This document shows, in pieces, positions 1-10,641 of a stretch of 64,000 bases of DNA. The stretch spans positions 1-64,000 of the forward strand of contig RBZT01000635.1 of the NCBI GenBank assembly GCA_003693705.1. Direction: 5' to 3'. Position 1 is the first letter of the stretch, and every line of letters starts with the position of its first letter. Source of the DNA: Polymyxa betae A26-41 (lineage: Eukaryota > Protista > Endomyxa: Phytomyxea). Made by a program: the position numbers and the translations under genes. The notes beneath the pieces were generated by a model, which was not told the DNA's origin, made no database searches, and saw only the letters and a list, made by a program, of their open reading frames with translations.

Positions 1-153
1 TGTAGCCTGTTCAACCAGTAAGGACGTGAGGGAGACGATGGATTGCTTATGAAATTCGAACTTATACTTTGCCGTACATTGTAGCTTCTGATGAATTCCC
101 GCTGGTATAATGGACGTTTAGGTTGATAGCCGCCGTTTCGATCCAATCCTCAT

Positions 154-273
154 GGTTAGGTTCATACCAGACCGAGTATGCCGTATCTCATTCCGAATTG
201 CGAAGCCAAGCGGTCTTGGGCCGGCTTAGTACTGGCGTGGGGGACCAGCTGGGAACCGCATGGTGATCTAACC
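154..273 (+). rRNA. 5S rRNA: 5S ribosomal RNA gene (single copy in this window)
   Basis: 120 nt, GGTTAGGTTCATACC...GGTGATCTAACC. The ends pair as helix I (GGUUAGGUU/GAUCUAACC). It has the CATACC motif, box A AGCCAAGC and the box C region TTAGTACTGGCGTGGGGGACC..TGGGAA, and is followed immediately by TTTTT. Confidence 0.95.
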
Positions 274-278
274 TTTTT
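274..278 (+). terminator. RNA polymerase III terminator of the 5S gene
   Basis: T5 run directly after the 5S 3' end. Confidence 0.85.
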
Positions 279-732
279 GTTTATGCAATTTGTTTTCAAT
301 GCAAAGCAACTTATAGTGTACACAACAAGTTGACCCATCTTTTTATTAGAATAGTGATATTTGGACTCAATGGTACATCGGACAGTGTGCGCGTTATTAC
401 AGAAACCTGACCAATACCTGCTCTGATCCTATTAGATTTCGAAAAACAGGAAAGATTTGAACTGATCCGATTGGGTAGAGCATCATGAGTAGATCGCATA
501 CGTCATGTATGAAGAAACCGCTTCAGATAAGACTCCGTCAGGTTTGCAATGAGATCTTCGCCACCAGGCTTCGAAGGAAATGTCAACTGCGTGCAGACAT
601 AAGCTCATTAGCATCCTGGAGATCTTGCCCAGAATGTCGCCTCGAATAGACCAATGTTGGCAAGATTTGGTCCAGCAAAAGATATTTTTTGTACACTTTG
701 GTTCCTTACAGTTCGTAAGCCTCTGTGGTCCG

Positions 733-2701
733 ATGAGGAAGAGCATTTTGTGCTGTCTGCTATTACTTGATGTCATTTCCGGTACTGTCCTCGACTCCAA
801 CCTCTACACAGAAAACACACTCTGGACTGGAACTCAACGATGTGTTAAATTCGCAGTTGCCAAGAACGGCCAAGTAATAGTCCCGCTGTCTGCTGTCATT
901 GTGTTTAACATCAATCACAGGTCTTATGTGGCGATAAGGATGGCTATATCCGAATGTTTCCTTCATTATCAGCGAGGGTAGACCAGCAGAAGATCCTCTG
1001 GAGTAATGACAAAGGGTTAACAGCGACCTGGAGCGATCATGGCCTATTAGGGATGGCTGTGGATCCCAACTACCCGGATACACCTTACATTTGGGTTTTG
1101 GTATCAGTGAACCGTCTGGAAGATCTGAACGATGATACGGTTCGGCCGAATTCCTGTGCAGCCGGTGATGCCGGCGGGATTGACGGCTCGTGTGACGCTG
1201 CTGCACGTCTGTTGCGGATTCAGGTCCAGAACGGTGTCGGCAAGACCGACCAGATCCTGATGTCGGGTTGGTGTTCGAATGGCGAATCGCATCATATTGG
1301 AGATCTTCGATGGGCATCAGATGGAGGCCTCTATGTATCTGGAGGTGATGGAGCTTCTTATACTGTCGAGGTACGCCTTAATACAACCATTTCAATGTGG
1401 GTTGAAAGCTGTCTATAGGATCGGGGGACCCATGGAGCGCCTTGCTATCGATCTGCTGATTCCCGTCCGCAAGGTGCTTGGCGCTCGCAATGGGACGAGT
1501 ATACCCATGGCAAGGTATTGAGAGCCTGGCAACCAAGTTTAATGCTCTGAAGCGGCTTACAGATCCTGTACGTGTCGCGTCCGGCCTTGCTTGGCAACAG
1601 CGTGGTGACAATTGGGAATGGAGCGAGAGTAGTCGCACGAGGTTGACGATGCAGCTGTCAGTATTTTTTTGCTGATTGAAACGCTGTAGGATTGAGAAAT
1701 CCATTTCGCTTTATCGTCCACCCGGTCACAAACGACTTATACATTGGAGATGTCGGGTCGGAATACATCGAGGAAATCAACTATTTGCCGAATCCTTTGG
1801 CCACGAACAATGTCGTTAACTTCGGATGGCCATGCTTCGAAGGCGCTATTGAGCAACCCATGTATGGATCTGACGCTGGCTGTTCGAATGTAGCCAACGT
1901 CCATACGAAACCGTGGCTGTCTTATGGTCGATCGAAAGCGTTCCAGGTTCCTGGAGCTCAAGATCACTGCATGCGCGGCTCTGTAGTCTTTCGGAGCCTG
2001 CGATCGATGATTGAGAACTTATATCTGACAGGTCTCGCCTACAGCGTTTGCATTCCGTTCGGGGACTGAATGGGGATCGAACTACCAGAATCGCCTGTTT
2101 TGGGCTGATGGCTCTATGCAGTGCTTGTTCGCATTTGGAAATAACGACCAAGGGTAATGCTTCAATCAGAATCTTTCCATACGAAATGATTGTTCGTCAT
2201 TAGATCCCCGGATCCAACCAAATTGTCATTGGTCGCTTTCAACGATAATTCGTCATCGGGTGTCAATGTCCCGCAGAGCCAATGGGTGGATCTCTTCTTC
2301 TATGGCGTTGGGAATCAATCTGTGAGTGACCTGGATCTGTCAATGCTGGAGCGGTTCTGATGTCCAACCAGTATTTATACGGGGCGAACTACCACGACTC
2401 AGTATTAAGTTCTTTCAATTATTTAGGCTCCAGAGCAATTGTGACGAAGAATGGCTCGTCCAGCTCTGCCACGACGAAAACCACGCTGACGATCGTGTTC
2501 GCCAGCATTGGTGGCGCTCTTGTAATCGCCGCCGTTGCGTTCTTCATCATGAGACGGCGGCGATCGCGGACACCGCTCCTAGGCCCGTCGCTGAGCGCTC
2601 GCCGTCGCTCGATCAACCTGGACCCTGTCAGCCCAACTCCAATGACGGATACCATGAGGAACCGGCCGTTATCGGCACGGAACCAACGCTCAATGGTTTG
2701 A
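733..2701 (+). CDS. Glucose/sorbosone (PQQ-dependent sugar) dehydrogenase-family protein with signal peptide, C-terminal TM helix and basic tail; about 8 exons
   Basis: Signal peptide MRKSILCCLLLLDVISG. Motifs GLLGMAVDPNY, SHHIGDLRWASDGGLYVSGGDGAS, GLRNPFRF, LYIGDVG..EEIN and NFGWPCFEG. TM IVFASIGGALVIAAVAFFIM then RRRR. GT-AG introns at about 874-920, 1371-1418, 1515-1562, 1642-1689, 1983-2031, 2154-2203 and 2322-2371. Confidence 0.85.
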
Positions 2702-2794
2702 CCAAACATTGACTACTCAGATTGCTAATGTAGAACTGTTAACATTGTTGCAGAACATCTGATCGAGATCGATTCGAACGGTTTCGCCTCTAGG

Positions 2795-3996
2795 TTATTC
2801 GTTTAGTCTGTTTATTTCGCCTTTCTTGACCAGAGGCCTGCCTCGCGCATGGCATCCTGCATATCGCGCGTATTGATCGCCCCTGTTCAGTGCCGTCTCT
2901 CTCCGTTCGATATTGATTCGTTCACCAAACAGTTTAGTCTTCCAGGGTGTGTCGGTAATAAACCCCCTGCTGATATAATTCTTGGCGTCTTGACCGATCA
3001 TGAGATTGATCATGGATGCTGCGTTCTCATGTGATACAATCCGGCTCTTGCCGTGATTCAAATGATACGCTTTCAGCGTTTCGGTGGCATCAACGACCTG
3101 GATATCGTTCCTGCTGACGACCAATCCTGAAAACCAGTTGTCTAACAACCGATCATTAGCACAACATTCCATGATGGTCACGCTTTAGCTTACCGAAATA
3201 GACGCCCCCGAGCAGGAACGGCGGTACGCAATCCCAGACGATATTGATGCCACGATTGAATACGAAATAATCCTATCTCAGAAATGTGAGGAATAATGAG
3301 ACGATTATCGTGGAGTCCAACCTGTGCGTCTGTTTGAAACAGAGTTCCTTGATCGAAACGCTTTTGTAATTGGAAATTGTGCTTGCCATTGAGAATATAC
3401 GATGGAACATCGATATTCGTTCTCCTGCCCTCAATGACGAAATTATCCCATCCGTTGCTGGCAGCGTATTGTTGCACGGCTTGGGCCGTCTCGACCAAGC
3501 TGTCGTCGTACATGATATCGCCATTGCTAAAGCCAACGATATCGGTCTTGATTGGCAATGTCCGGTCCACCAAACGAAGCAGAGAGCGATACGTGAGATT
3601 TTCAACATCGTTGCTGCTAGGCGGCTCCATACAGAGCAATTTGAATTCTTTTGCAAGCTGAAGGATCTCATGATCATTCGAGACGATTATGAAATCGACT
3701 TGATCGAGATTCGCCCACGATCTGAAGACGAACTTCATTTGCCTCCTGCTGTTCCCATTCTGGCTGGGAACGCCCAACGATTTCGGTGCGACGATCATGG
3801 TGATCACCGAATCAGGCTTCAGAGCGCCTTCGAGTCCGCCCATATTCAGCTGGGGAGACGTCAGGCGAGTTTCCGAAGCGATGCTGGAGAAAATGAGAAG
3901 CGATCCCGAGACGAAGACGATGCTGAGAATCGTGACGACGTGAAGACGTGGAAGACTTCGGAGTCGTGATCGGGCTCCATTCCAGATGTTAAACAT
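2795..3996 (-). CDS. Type II membrane protein, putative GT-A-like glycosyltransferase (uncharacterised family); 3 exons
   Basis: N-terminal signal anchor VVTILSIVFVSGSLLIFSSIA. Motifs GFSNGDIMY, IEGRRTN, DYFVF and DNW..VVDATETLKAYHLNH. ORFs 3190-3996 and 2795-3181 are joined via short introns. Confidence 0.55.
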
Positions 3997-4382
3997 GGGC
4001 TATCAAATGATCAGAATAAGACAGTCACCGCCTTAAGTGATACAATCTCTATGACGGAAATCGAAATCCGCCAAAGCAATAATATCATAAAGGATGTACG
4101 TATTCACAACGTTGGAAATGGCCAGGCTGGACAGGCTGCCAAGCTAGATGAGAAAGGTGTCACAATATTTTTTGGAGATCGCTTCGACGATCGAGTTTCG
4201 AACATTCTGTGGGATGCGAGGCCCAGGAGGACCTCTGACCTGAAACAATCGCTCGATAATGTACAAGAAAGAGAATATTTGTTAATGAGACTTCGACAGA
4301 AGCAGACAGGTTCTGTTTGGTGTGATGTGATCCGACTCCCCGATTGGGACGCCATAATTGTTTGTCTATCGCAGTCGTGATC

Positions 4383-5142
4383 ATGACTGGCGTGACGACA
4401 CCGACGTCGCGAACCCAGACCCGATTCGGGTGTGTGACCCGGGTCCCGATCATGGCCGCCCTGCCGACGGCCGAGCCAGAGGGCCAGGCGAAGCCCAGGG
4501 CTGGCAGTAGTAAGCAGCGTCGACTGAGCGAAAAGCCTGTGAAGACAAAGAGGTTCGGTCGAACGAGTTTTTGCTTGCAATTCGCTCTTGACGATTTTTC
4601 TAGCGACAAAGTCTCGATCGTTGATAAACACAAACAGCTACAAGAAAAAATCGAAGAACTCACTGCAAAGTTGGAGGAGTATCAAAATGAATCTCACGAT
4701 AACAAGCGTAAAAAATGGAATAATCAAGAGAGCTCGGAAGCCGAGTTTTTATTCGAAGAGCAACGAATTAGTATGATATCAAGTGGTCATCGAACTTGGG
4801 CTAAGAAATCGGTTGTTCTTAGATGAGCGAGAATCATTCGAAAAACAGATCGCTGTTATGCAGGAACGAATGGACCTTGCAGAAGGCCGACTGGAAGCCT
4901 GTCGATCCGCTTTGGAATCTGCAGGCATCAATGCAGTCAGTTTCGAGCGAATCGAGGCGTTGAAAAGCAGCGATCTCGACGACCTCGAATCGAAGACGAA
5001 GGCCATTGGAGAAGAGATTCTCAAAGGTCACGAGAACGCCAGGTCGCTTATCTCCGAGATTGAAGACATGTTCAACGACGACGACCTCGATTCGTTATTC
5101 GAAACTGTCAACCACATCGGCAACGAGGTCGCTGTCAGCTAA
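4383..5142 (+). CDS. Hypothetical coiled-coil protein (multi-exon)
   Basis: ORFs 4344-4826 and 4783-5142 have heptad-like E/K/L-rich sequence with GT-AG introns between them. Confidence 0.6.
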
Positions 5143-5225
5143 TTTCTCAAGATTCGAATGCACCAGCCAGGTTCTGTCGATAACTAATAACAGTCATTAA
5201 TATTTTTGTATTGTTTCAGCTGGTT

Positions 5226-5844
5226 CTAAGACCGCCGAGCTAAGAACGGTCTGATCAGTTTCGAATGAACCAAGACGAACAATGCAAACGACACCGCCAC
5301 CCCTAACAACATGGTGGTCTTTCCCTCTACGAATTGAGCCTGTTAGCAAACACGCCTCAACGATGAACCTCTGTGATTACCCTTCGACGCTGTTGCCTCG
5401 AGAATCTCTTGCAGTTGCTGGGCTTTTTCGTTGGCAGGATGCAGCTGCAGGACGCGGGCCAGGTATTCCGACGATTCAGCCCGTAAACCGAGCTTGAATT
5501 TGCAAACAGCCTGAGCATAGCAGGACTCATCGATCAGCAATCCTTCTTCGATCATATCTGCAAACAATGTTCCATCAAAACCGAAATCGTTTGTCCACGA
5601 GCCCGTTTACCATCCAGGATATCTTGCGCTTCCAGCAAATGAGCTTTGTCCGACGAGCAGATCAGCGCCTTGGCGAACTCCAAATAGACCTGAGGATTTG
5701 GGAATTGCAGATCCCGCTCCTTCGTCCAGGTTCTCCGACAAGACTATCGCATGAATCAGCCCGCCACCGGGGCCAGAGACGGAAACTCGGGCCCACCTCG
5801 ATATGCTCAGCCACATCGACATCATCGTGATCCTGAACCGTCAT
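5226..5844 (-). CDS. FIS1: Mitochondrial fission protein Fis1 (TPR plus tail anchor)
   Basis: Spliced translation MTVQDHDDVDVAEHIE...YLEFAKALICSSDKAHLLEAQDIL..ESCYAQAVCKFKLG..YLARVLQLHPANEKAQQL, ending in TM MLLGVAVSFALFVLVH plus basic tail RPFLARRS*. Confidence 0.8.
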
Positions 5845-5999
5845 GCTCGCCGTGGCTGCAATCGTGCCTGACGAATTCCACGTCGGCGCTGTCTCAGGCT
5901 GGAACAAGAGCTGGTAGATAGGAGAATACAGCAGGCAGGTTGCCCCTAATAATCCCTTCACGCACCCTCTTGGCGCAGCACATTGGGTCACACTATGTA

Positions 6000-6021
6000 T
6001 TAGGGTTAGGGTTTAGGGTTT
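6000..6021 (+). repeat. Interstitial telomere-like repeat TTAGGG-TTAGGG-TTTAGGG-TTT
   Basis: Read directly: ttagggttagggtttagggttt. Confidence 0.85.
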
Positions 6022-6337
6022 GCTCGCTTCGCTTGGCTTGAACGCTCATCAGGGCAGGCTTCGGCGGCTGGAGTTGAGTCCGACTTTTTAACCAGATTTA
6101 ATGTACTTTGTACGTGGATGAATTCCTTGGGCACGTTCCTCTTGAATCAGAGTTTAACCGGGCTGATTTTGTTTATATAACATTTTCCATTCCGATCGGA
6201 CAAAGCAGTATTTTGATATCCAGATTAAATGCTTAAACGTTGACTAATTCTCCGCTTGTATGCATTTTGTATAAAGTATGATCAACGAAGGGTTTCTAAG
6301 CGAAGTTTCTGTAATGAAAAAAAGCTGAAGAGTTTAT

Positions 6338-8059
6338 TTACAGAGCAGAGTAGAAAGCCAACACGAAGCAACCAGCGATGACAGCAGAGAGTGTTGCAGT
6401 CAATGCAGAGCTCTTCGATGTGGATTTCGAGCCGGACCCGGTGCCTGTCGTTCCAGGTGTTGCAACGACCACGCTCGGATCGATGGATTTGTCACCGCTG
6501 TAGGTGACCTTGATGACCTGCGACGAATAGAAATCGAGGGCGTACAGAGCCGTATTGGCACCGGTTCCAGCAAACATCAAGCCGACGATCTGTCCATCTG
6601 TGGCTGTTGGACCATTGTAAGCTAACAGCTGCATCTTCGTCGTGTCTGCACTCGGCAATCTGTTGTAGCTGGTTAGAAGAGCATTTTTTGCTAATTAAGT
6701 TCTCACCCTTTGTCGTCGTTCGCCAAGACGAAGATGCACTGCATAGAAGAATCCGCCCAGAACAGACGGTTCTGGTATTTGGAGCCCCAATCCGACGAGT
6801 TCATGAACATGAAGGCGGCAGCAGAAACCGTGCCTCGCATGCAGTGATCTTGGGCGCCCTCGACACTGAATCCTCTCGTACGGGAATAGGCGATGAATGG
6901 CCTCGTGTGAACTTTGGCAACATCGGCACATCCAGCGTCGGCACCGAAGGACGGCTGCGCGACGTTCCCTTCGAAGCACGGCCAGCCGAAGTTCGGAACG
7001 TTCGTGTTGGTGAGCGGGTCGGGAATGATATCGATCTCTTCGAAGAAATCCGAGCCGACGTCGCCGACGTACAGATCGTGAGTGATGGGATGGATCGCGA
7101 ATCGGAAAGGGTTTCTGAGACCTGAACGCAGGCTTAGTGTCGATCATCTTGCAATCGTTCGAAATTGCCACCTTTCGCCACGATTCGTGCTCCGTTTCCG
7201 ATTGTAACCAAGGCGTTGCCATACAAAGCCTCCCTCGACAAGTAGAACACTTTGCCATGCGTGTAATCGTCCCATTGGGATCGCCAGGCGCCCTGGAATC
7301 GGGTGTCGCCATCTCGATGGCATGGTTGGCCAGGTGTTCCTCGATCCTGAACAGTCCCATCAGATCTTCACAGCTCTCTGATTGCAGCGATACTGTACCG
7401 GATTGGTGTAAGAAGCGCCATCACCACCCGACACATACAAACCGCCATCACGAGCCCAATCCAGATTGCCGATGTGGTGTGAAAGCCCGTTCGAGCACCA
7501 TCCATACATCAGGAGCTGATCTATAGCGGCCGTGTTGCCGGTCACCCTCAGGCGGTATAATCGAGCCGCTTGATCGCAGGCGGCGCCGGCGTTCATGGAG
7601 CCGCCGTCGCCAGCATCACACGAGTTCGGCAGGACGTTGGCATCGGTCGTTGGGCTCTCCAGACGCCGCACCGACATCAGAACCCAGAGGTATGGGCTCG
7701 TCGGGTAATTCGGGTCGATGGCCAAGCCGAGCATACCCCGATCGCCCCAGGTCGATGTCAGATCGCCTTGTGCTTGCCAGACGAGAACCGCATCGTTCTC
7801 GCTGGACGTGATCGACGGGAACTTGCGAATGGAGCCGTCTTTGGCGCCACAGAAGATCTGAAACGATTTTTAGAACGAATGAGAGCTGTTTTGAATGGCA
7901 GTTTCGAACCTCGCCATTAGGAGCGGTCAGAATTTTCGCACAAGCGCCGATTCCACCGCCCCAATAGTGTGCTGCATTCCAGTTGGCTGCATCCTGAACG
8001 ATAATCGAGCAGACACTCGAGATGCCAAGCAACAACGCCAACACCGAAGCCCTCTGCAT
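6338..8059 (-). CDS. Second glucose/sorbosone (PQQ) dehydrogenase-family protein with signal peptide and GPI-anchor-like C-terminus; 5 exons
   Basis: Signal peptide MQRASVLALLLGISSVCS. Motifs MLGLAIDPNY, SHHIGNLDWARDGGLYVSGGDGAS, GLRNPFRF, LYVGDVG..EEID and NFGWPCFEG. A G/T/S linker is followed by a terminal hydrophobic stretch (LTATLSAVIAGCFVLAFYSAL*). Clear paralogue of 733-2701. Confidence 0.85.
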
Positions 8060-8207
8060 GTTTGCTGGCAGATTTACGAATGGGAGGCGGCTATTGTCGA
8101 GGAACTCGTGCCTGGCGATTGTCGCGTGCCGTCGTTATTCCAACTGATACACAGCAGGCCCTCGAGATTCTTAGAAGACAATGTGGCTGTCTGATCTTTA
8201 TTCGATA

Positions 8208-8776
8208 TCAATCCTTATTTATACCAAGAATACGAACTCGGTGCATGACTGGACTTTTAGCAATTAAAACGATAGCCAGAGCGATACTGTTTGCAACTGC
8301 CAGCTCGACGTTCCAATCGCTTTCATGAGAAGCCAGCAGAAATCTACACCCGAATATTAAAATCAAACGAATGCATAGATAAATAAATCTCACATGATGA
8401 CAGGAACAATAGCCAAAAATTTACGATTTGTGGTATATTGGGTTCCTCTATCGATTTGTTCCCAGAATGTCTCCTCATCGTAGATGCCTTGGTCTTCAGC
8501 GACCGGAGAACCTTTCTTCCAATGAAAGAGAAAGAACGTCACCTGGGCGAGCGTAAAGATTCGAAACAGCGTTAAAACCTGAGAGATCCTTACTGCTGAA
8601 TGGACCTGATGAACGACCGTCCATGCACAATGATGCCAATGCAAGACTGGGACGGCGAACAGCAGGTATCGGAAAATCAAGACCACCCCAATGTAAAACG
8701 CCCAAAACCCTTTCTCGTCCAAAAACGAGACATTCCGATTATCAAAACAATCGGCCTCGTCCCCTGTGTTTTCCAT
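8208..8776 (-). CDS. ORMDL: ORM/ORMDL sphingolipid-synthesis regulator
   Basis: Motifs NRNVSFLDEKGFW, TFFLFHWKKGSP, TFWEQIDRGTQYTTNRKFL and AKSPVMHRVRILGINK; 3 exons. Confidence 0.93.
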
Positions 8777-8933
8777 TGCTCGGATTCGAAACTGACTTAG
8801 TCTCCTGTGAGAAACAGTTTCATTGAGGAGTTCGCAACAACAAAATTTGCGCGACTGGAAAACTGAAACTCTGCGCGCATTTTCTTGCTGTCTTAAGTGG
8901 CCTGGTTCAAAAGAACAACGTTACGCAAGGCTC

Positions 8934-10451
8934 ATGATGACAGAGAGAGAAGCCTCATTGGTCATTTTATATTATGACAGATTGTCGTATCTAAGTAGAT
9001 GACAGTCGAAGCTGAAGGACTTCTTAGCGATGCCTTCCTTGAAGGCTTGGCGCAAGGAAATCAGCATTCCGTTGCGCAGCTTCGAACCGTTTTTGATTCG
9101 ATGAAGAATCAGATCACTAGGCTTGAGGTACAACCTGGAGCCAGCCCAGTTTTATCAATTTCATTCATCTGAAGGGTACGCTGGAAATCTTAGGCAAATA
9201 ACGATAAATTACGTTCCAGAGTAAAGATCCTGCTGCATAATCATGCAGAGCTGGAAAACATTGTTGTTGACTTGAAGGCTCAACAATCTTCAGAACTAGA
9301 AGATTGCAAGAGAGAAATATATCAACTGCAAAATGAGGTCTGTACACCAGGCTCTTTGCATTACTGGTGCTAATGAAGTGCACGACGTAGTATAGCTGGA
9401 AAAGTTGAGACGAGAATCAATCGCCTTCAGCAAACAGAATGAAGCTATCAAAAAAGGTCTGGAGAGTACCCTCGCTGATAAAACCAGAATTCTAATCGAA
9501 ATGAAGGCCGAGAACCTAATATTGAAGGTTTAGCTGAATTGTCACTGTTAATGATATCTTAACGTTTGAAATCAGGATCAGCTGGAGGAGCAAGGACTGC
9601 AATTCGCTCAATACCAATCTCGCTCTGAAATCACCAAAGATTTCATCCACGAAATTCGGGGTGCGATTGCTTCTGTACAGAAGGTTCAGATCTCTAATCA
9701 GGCCATGCTGGGAAAGTTCTCCAAACAAGGTTCGTTGAACCTATTGCGATGCACCTGAAATTATGATCATTTCGTTACAGTTTGCATCGCAAAGCAAGAG
9801 TATTTAGAACTAAAAACAGCTCATGAAGAGTTAGAATGTCAGTCGCAATATGTTTCGCCAGATATTCCTTTAATTTGTTTTCTAGTGGATATAGCAGGGA
9901 AAAATAGCATCATAGAATCATACGAACGAAAGATGAAAGAACTTGAAGAATTGAAAGCCGATGAGCAGTGGACGTCAAAAGAAAAAGAAATTACTCGAGA
10001 ATTCATTGCAAACTCAACTAACGATTTCCGTCAGCACCAAATCGATATGAAACTACGCAGCAAGAAGCATATCGACTGTTTATACGAGTTAGCGTCGTTT
10101 GCTAATTCCGAATTAAAGAAACTATCCCATCAGACCGTTGAGCAAGAGACTACGCCTGCGTCTGGTCCTGTCCAAACCGACACTCAAACAAACATCGAGT
10201 GTTTAAATCCTGGACAACCGTTAAGTCAGCAGGCTGCTACTTCTACAAATTCATCTAAAGTGGACAAATTGCTTACCATTCAAGAAAACGAAATCAACAG
10301 ATCGTCTGATCTAGCAAGAGATAATTCGGAGTTCCAAAACGATTCTGAATCTAGAATAAGTGGAGATATAGCTGTAGCGGATAAAGAGAATCCAAACGAT
10401 GTAGTTTTAAATGTATCAGGACTGTTCCCAACATTCGATGCAAGAATGTAA
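8934..10451 (+). CDS. Hypothetical coiled-coil protein, many short exons (3' end may extend to TGA at 10560)
   Basis: Run of E/K/L/Q-rich exons separated by GT-AG introns; the last large ORF is 9885-10451. Confidence 0.5.
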
Positions 10452-10641
10452 TAAATATCTAGCATCTGACAATCCTTCCGAGGCCAGCAGTAGCTTAGAC
10501 ACATTCAGACGAATACCTAACGAAATAATGAGCGAAATTCAGAAATTTCTCACCGACTGATTTCCGGAATCCGTAGTTGCGGGGTGCGTGCTTGATGACC
10601 CGACCTGGTTCTTTTGTGAAATTTTTCAGAACAACTTCGTC

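Noticed and set aside
6021-6032. tgctcgcttcg resembles the 5' end of U6 snRNA
   Set aside because: No ACAGAGA box or remaining U6 sequence follows.
6020-6062. Hammerhead-like CTGATGAG on the minus strand next to the telomeric tract (Penelope/Athena-like arrangement)
   Set aside because: The downstream core reads GCGAAG, not GAAA, stems I and III cannot be formed properly, and no reverse transcriptase ORF is nearby.
10528-10641. ATG...TGA in frame with the MAK21 ORF (possible readthrough or selenocysteine)
   Set aside because: More simply the last exon of the upstream gene or UTR. MAK21 can start at 10642, it is not a selenoprotein family, and TGA is a normal stop elsewhere in the window.
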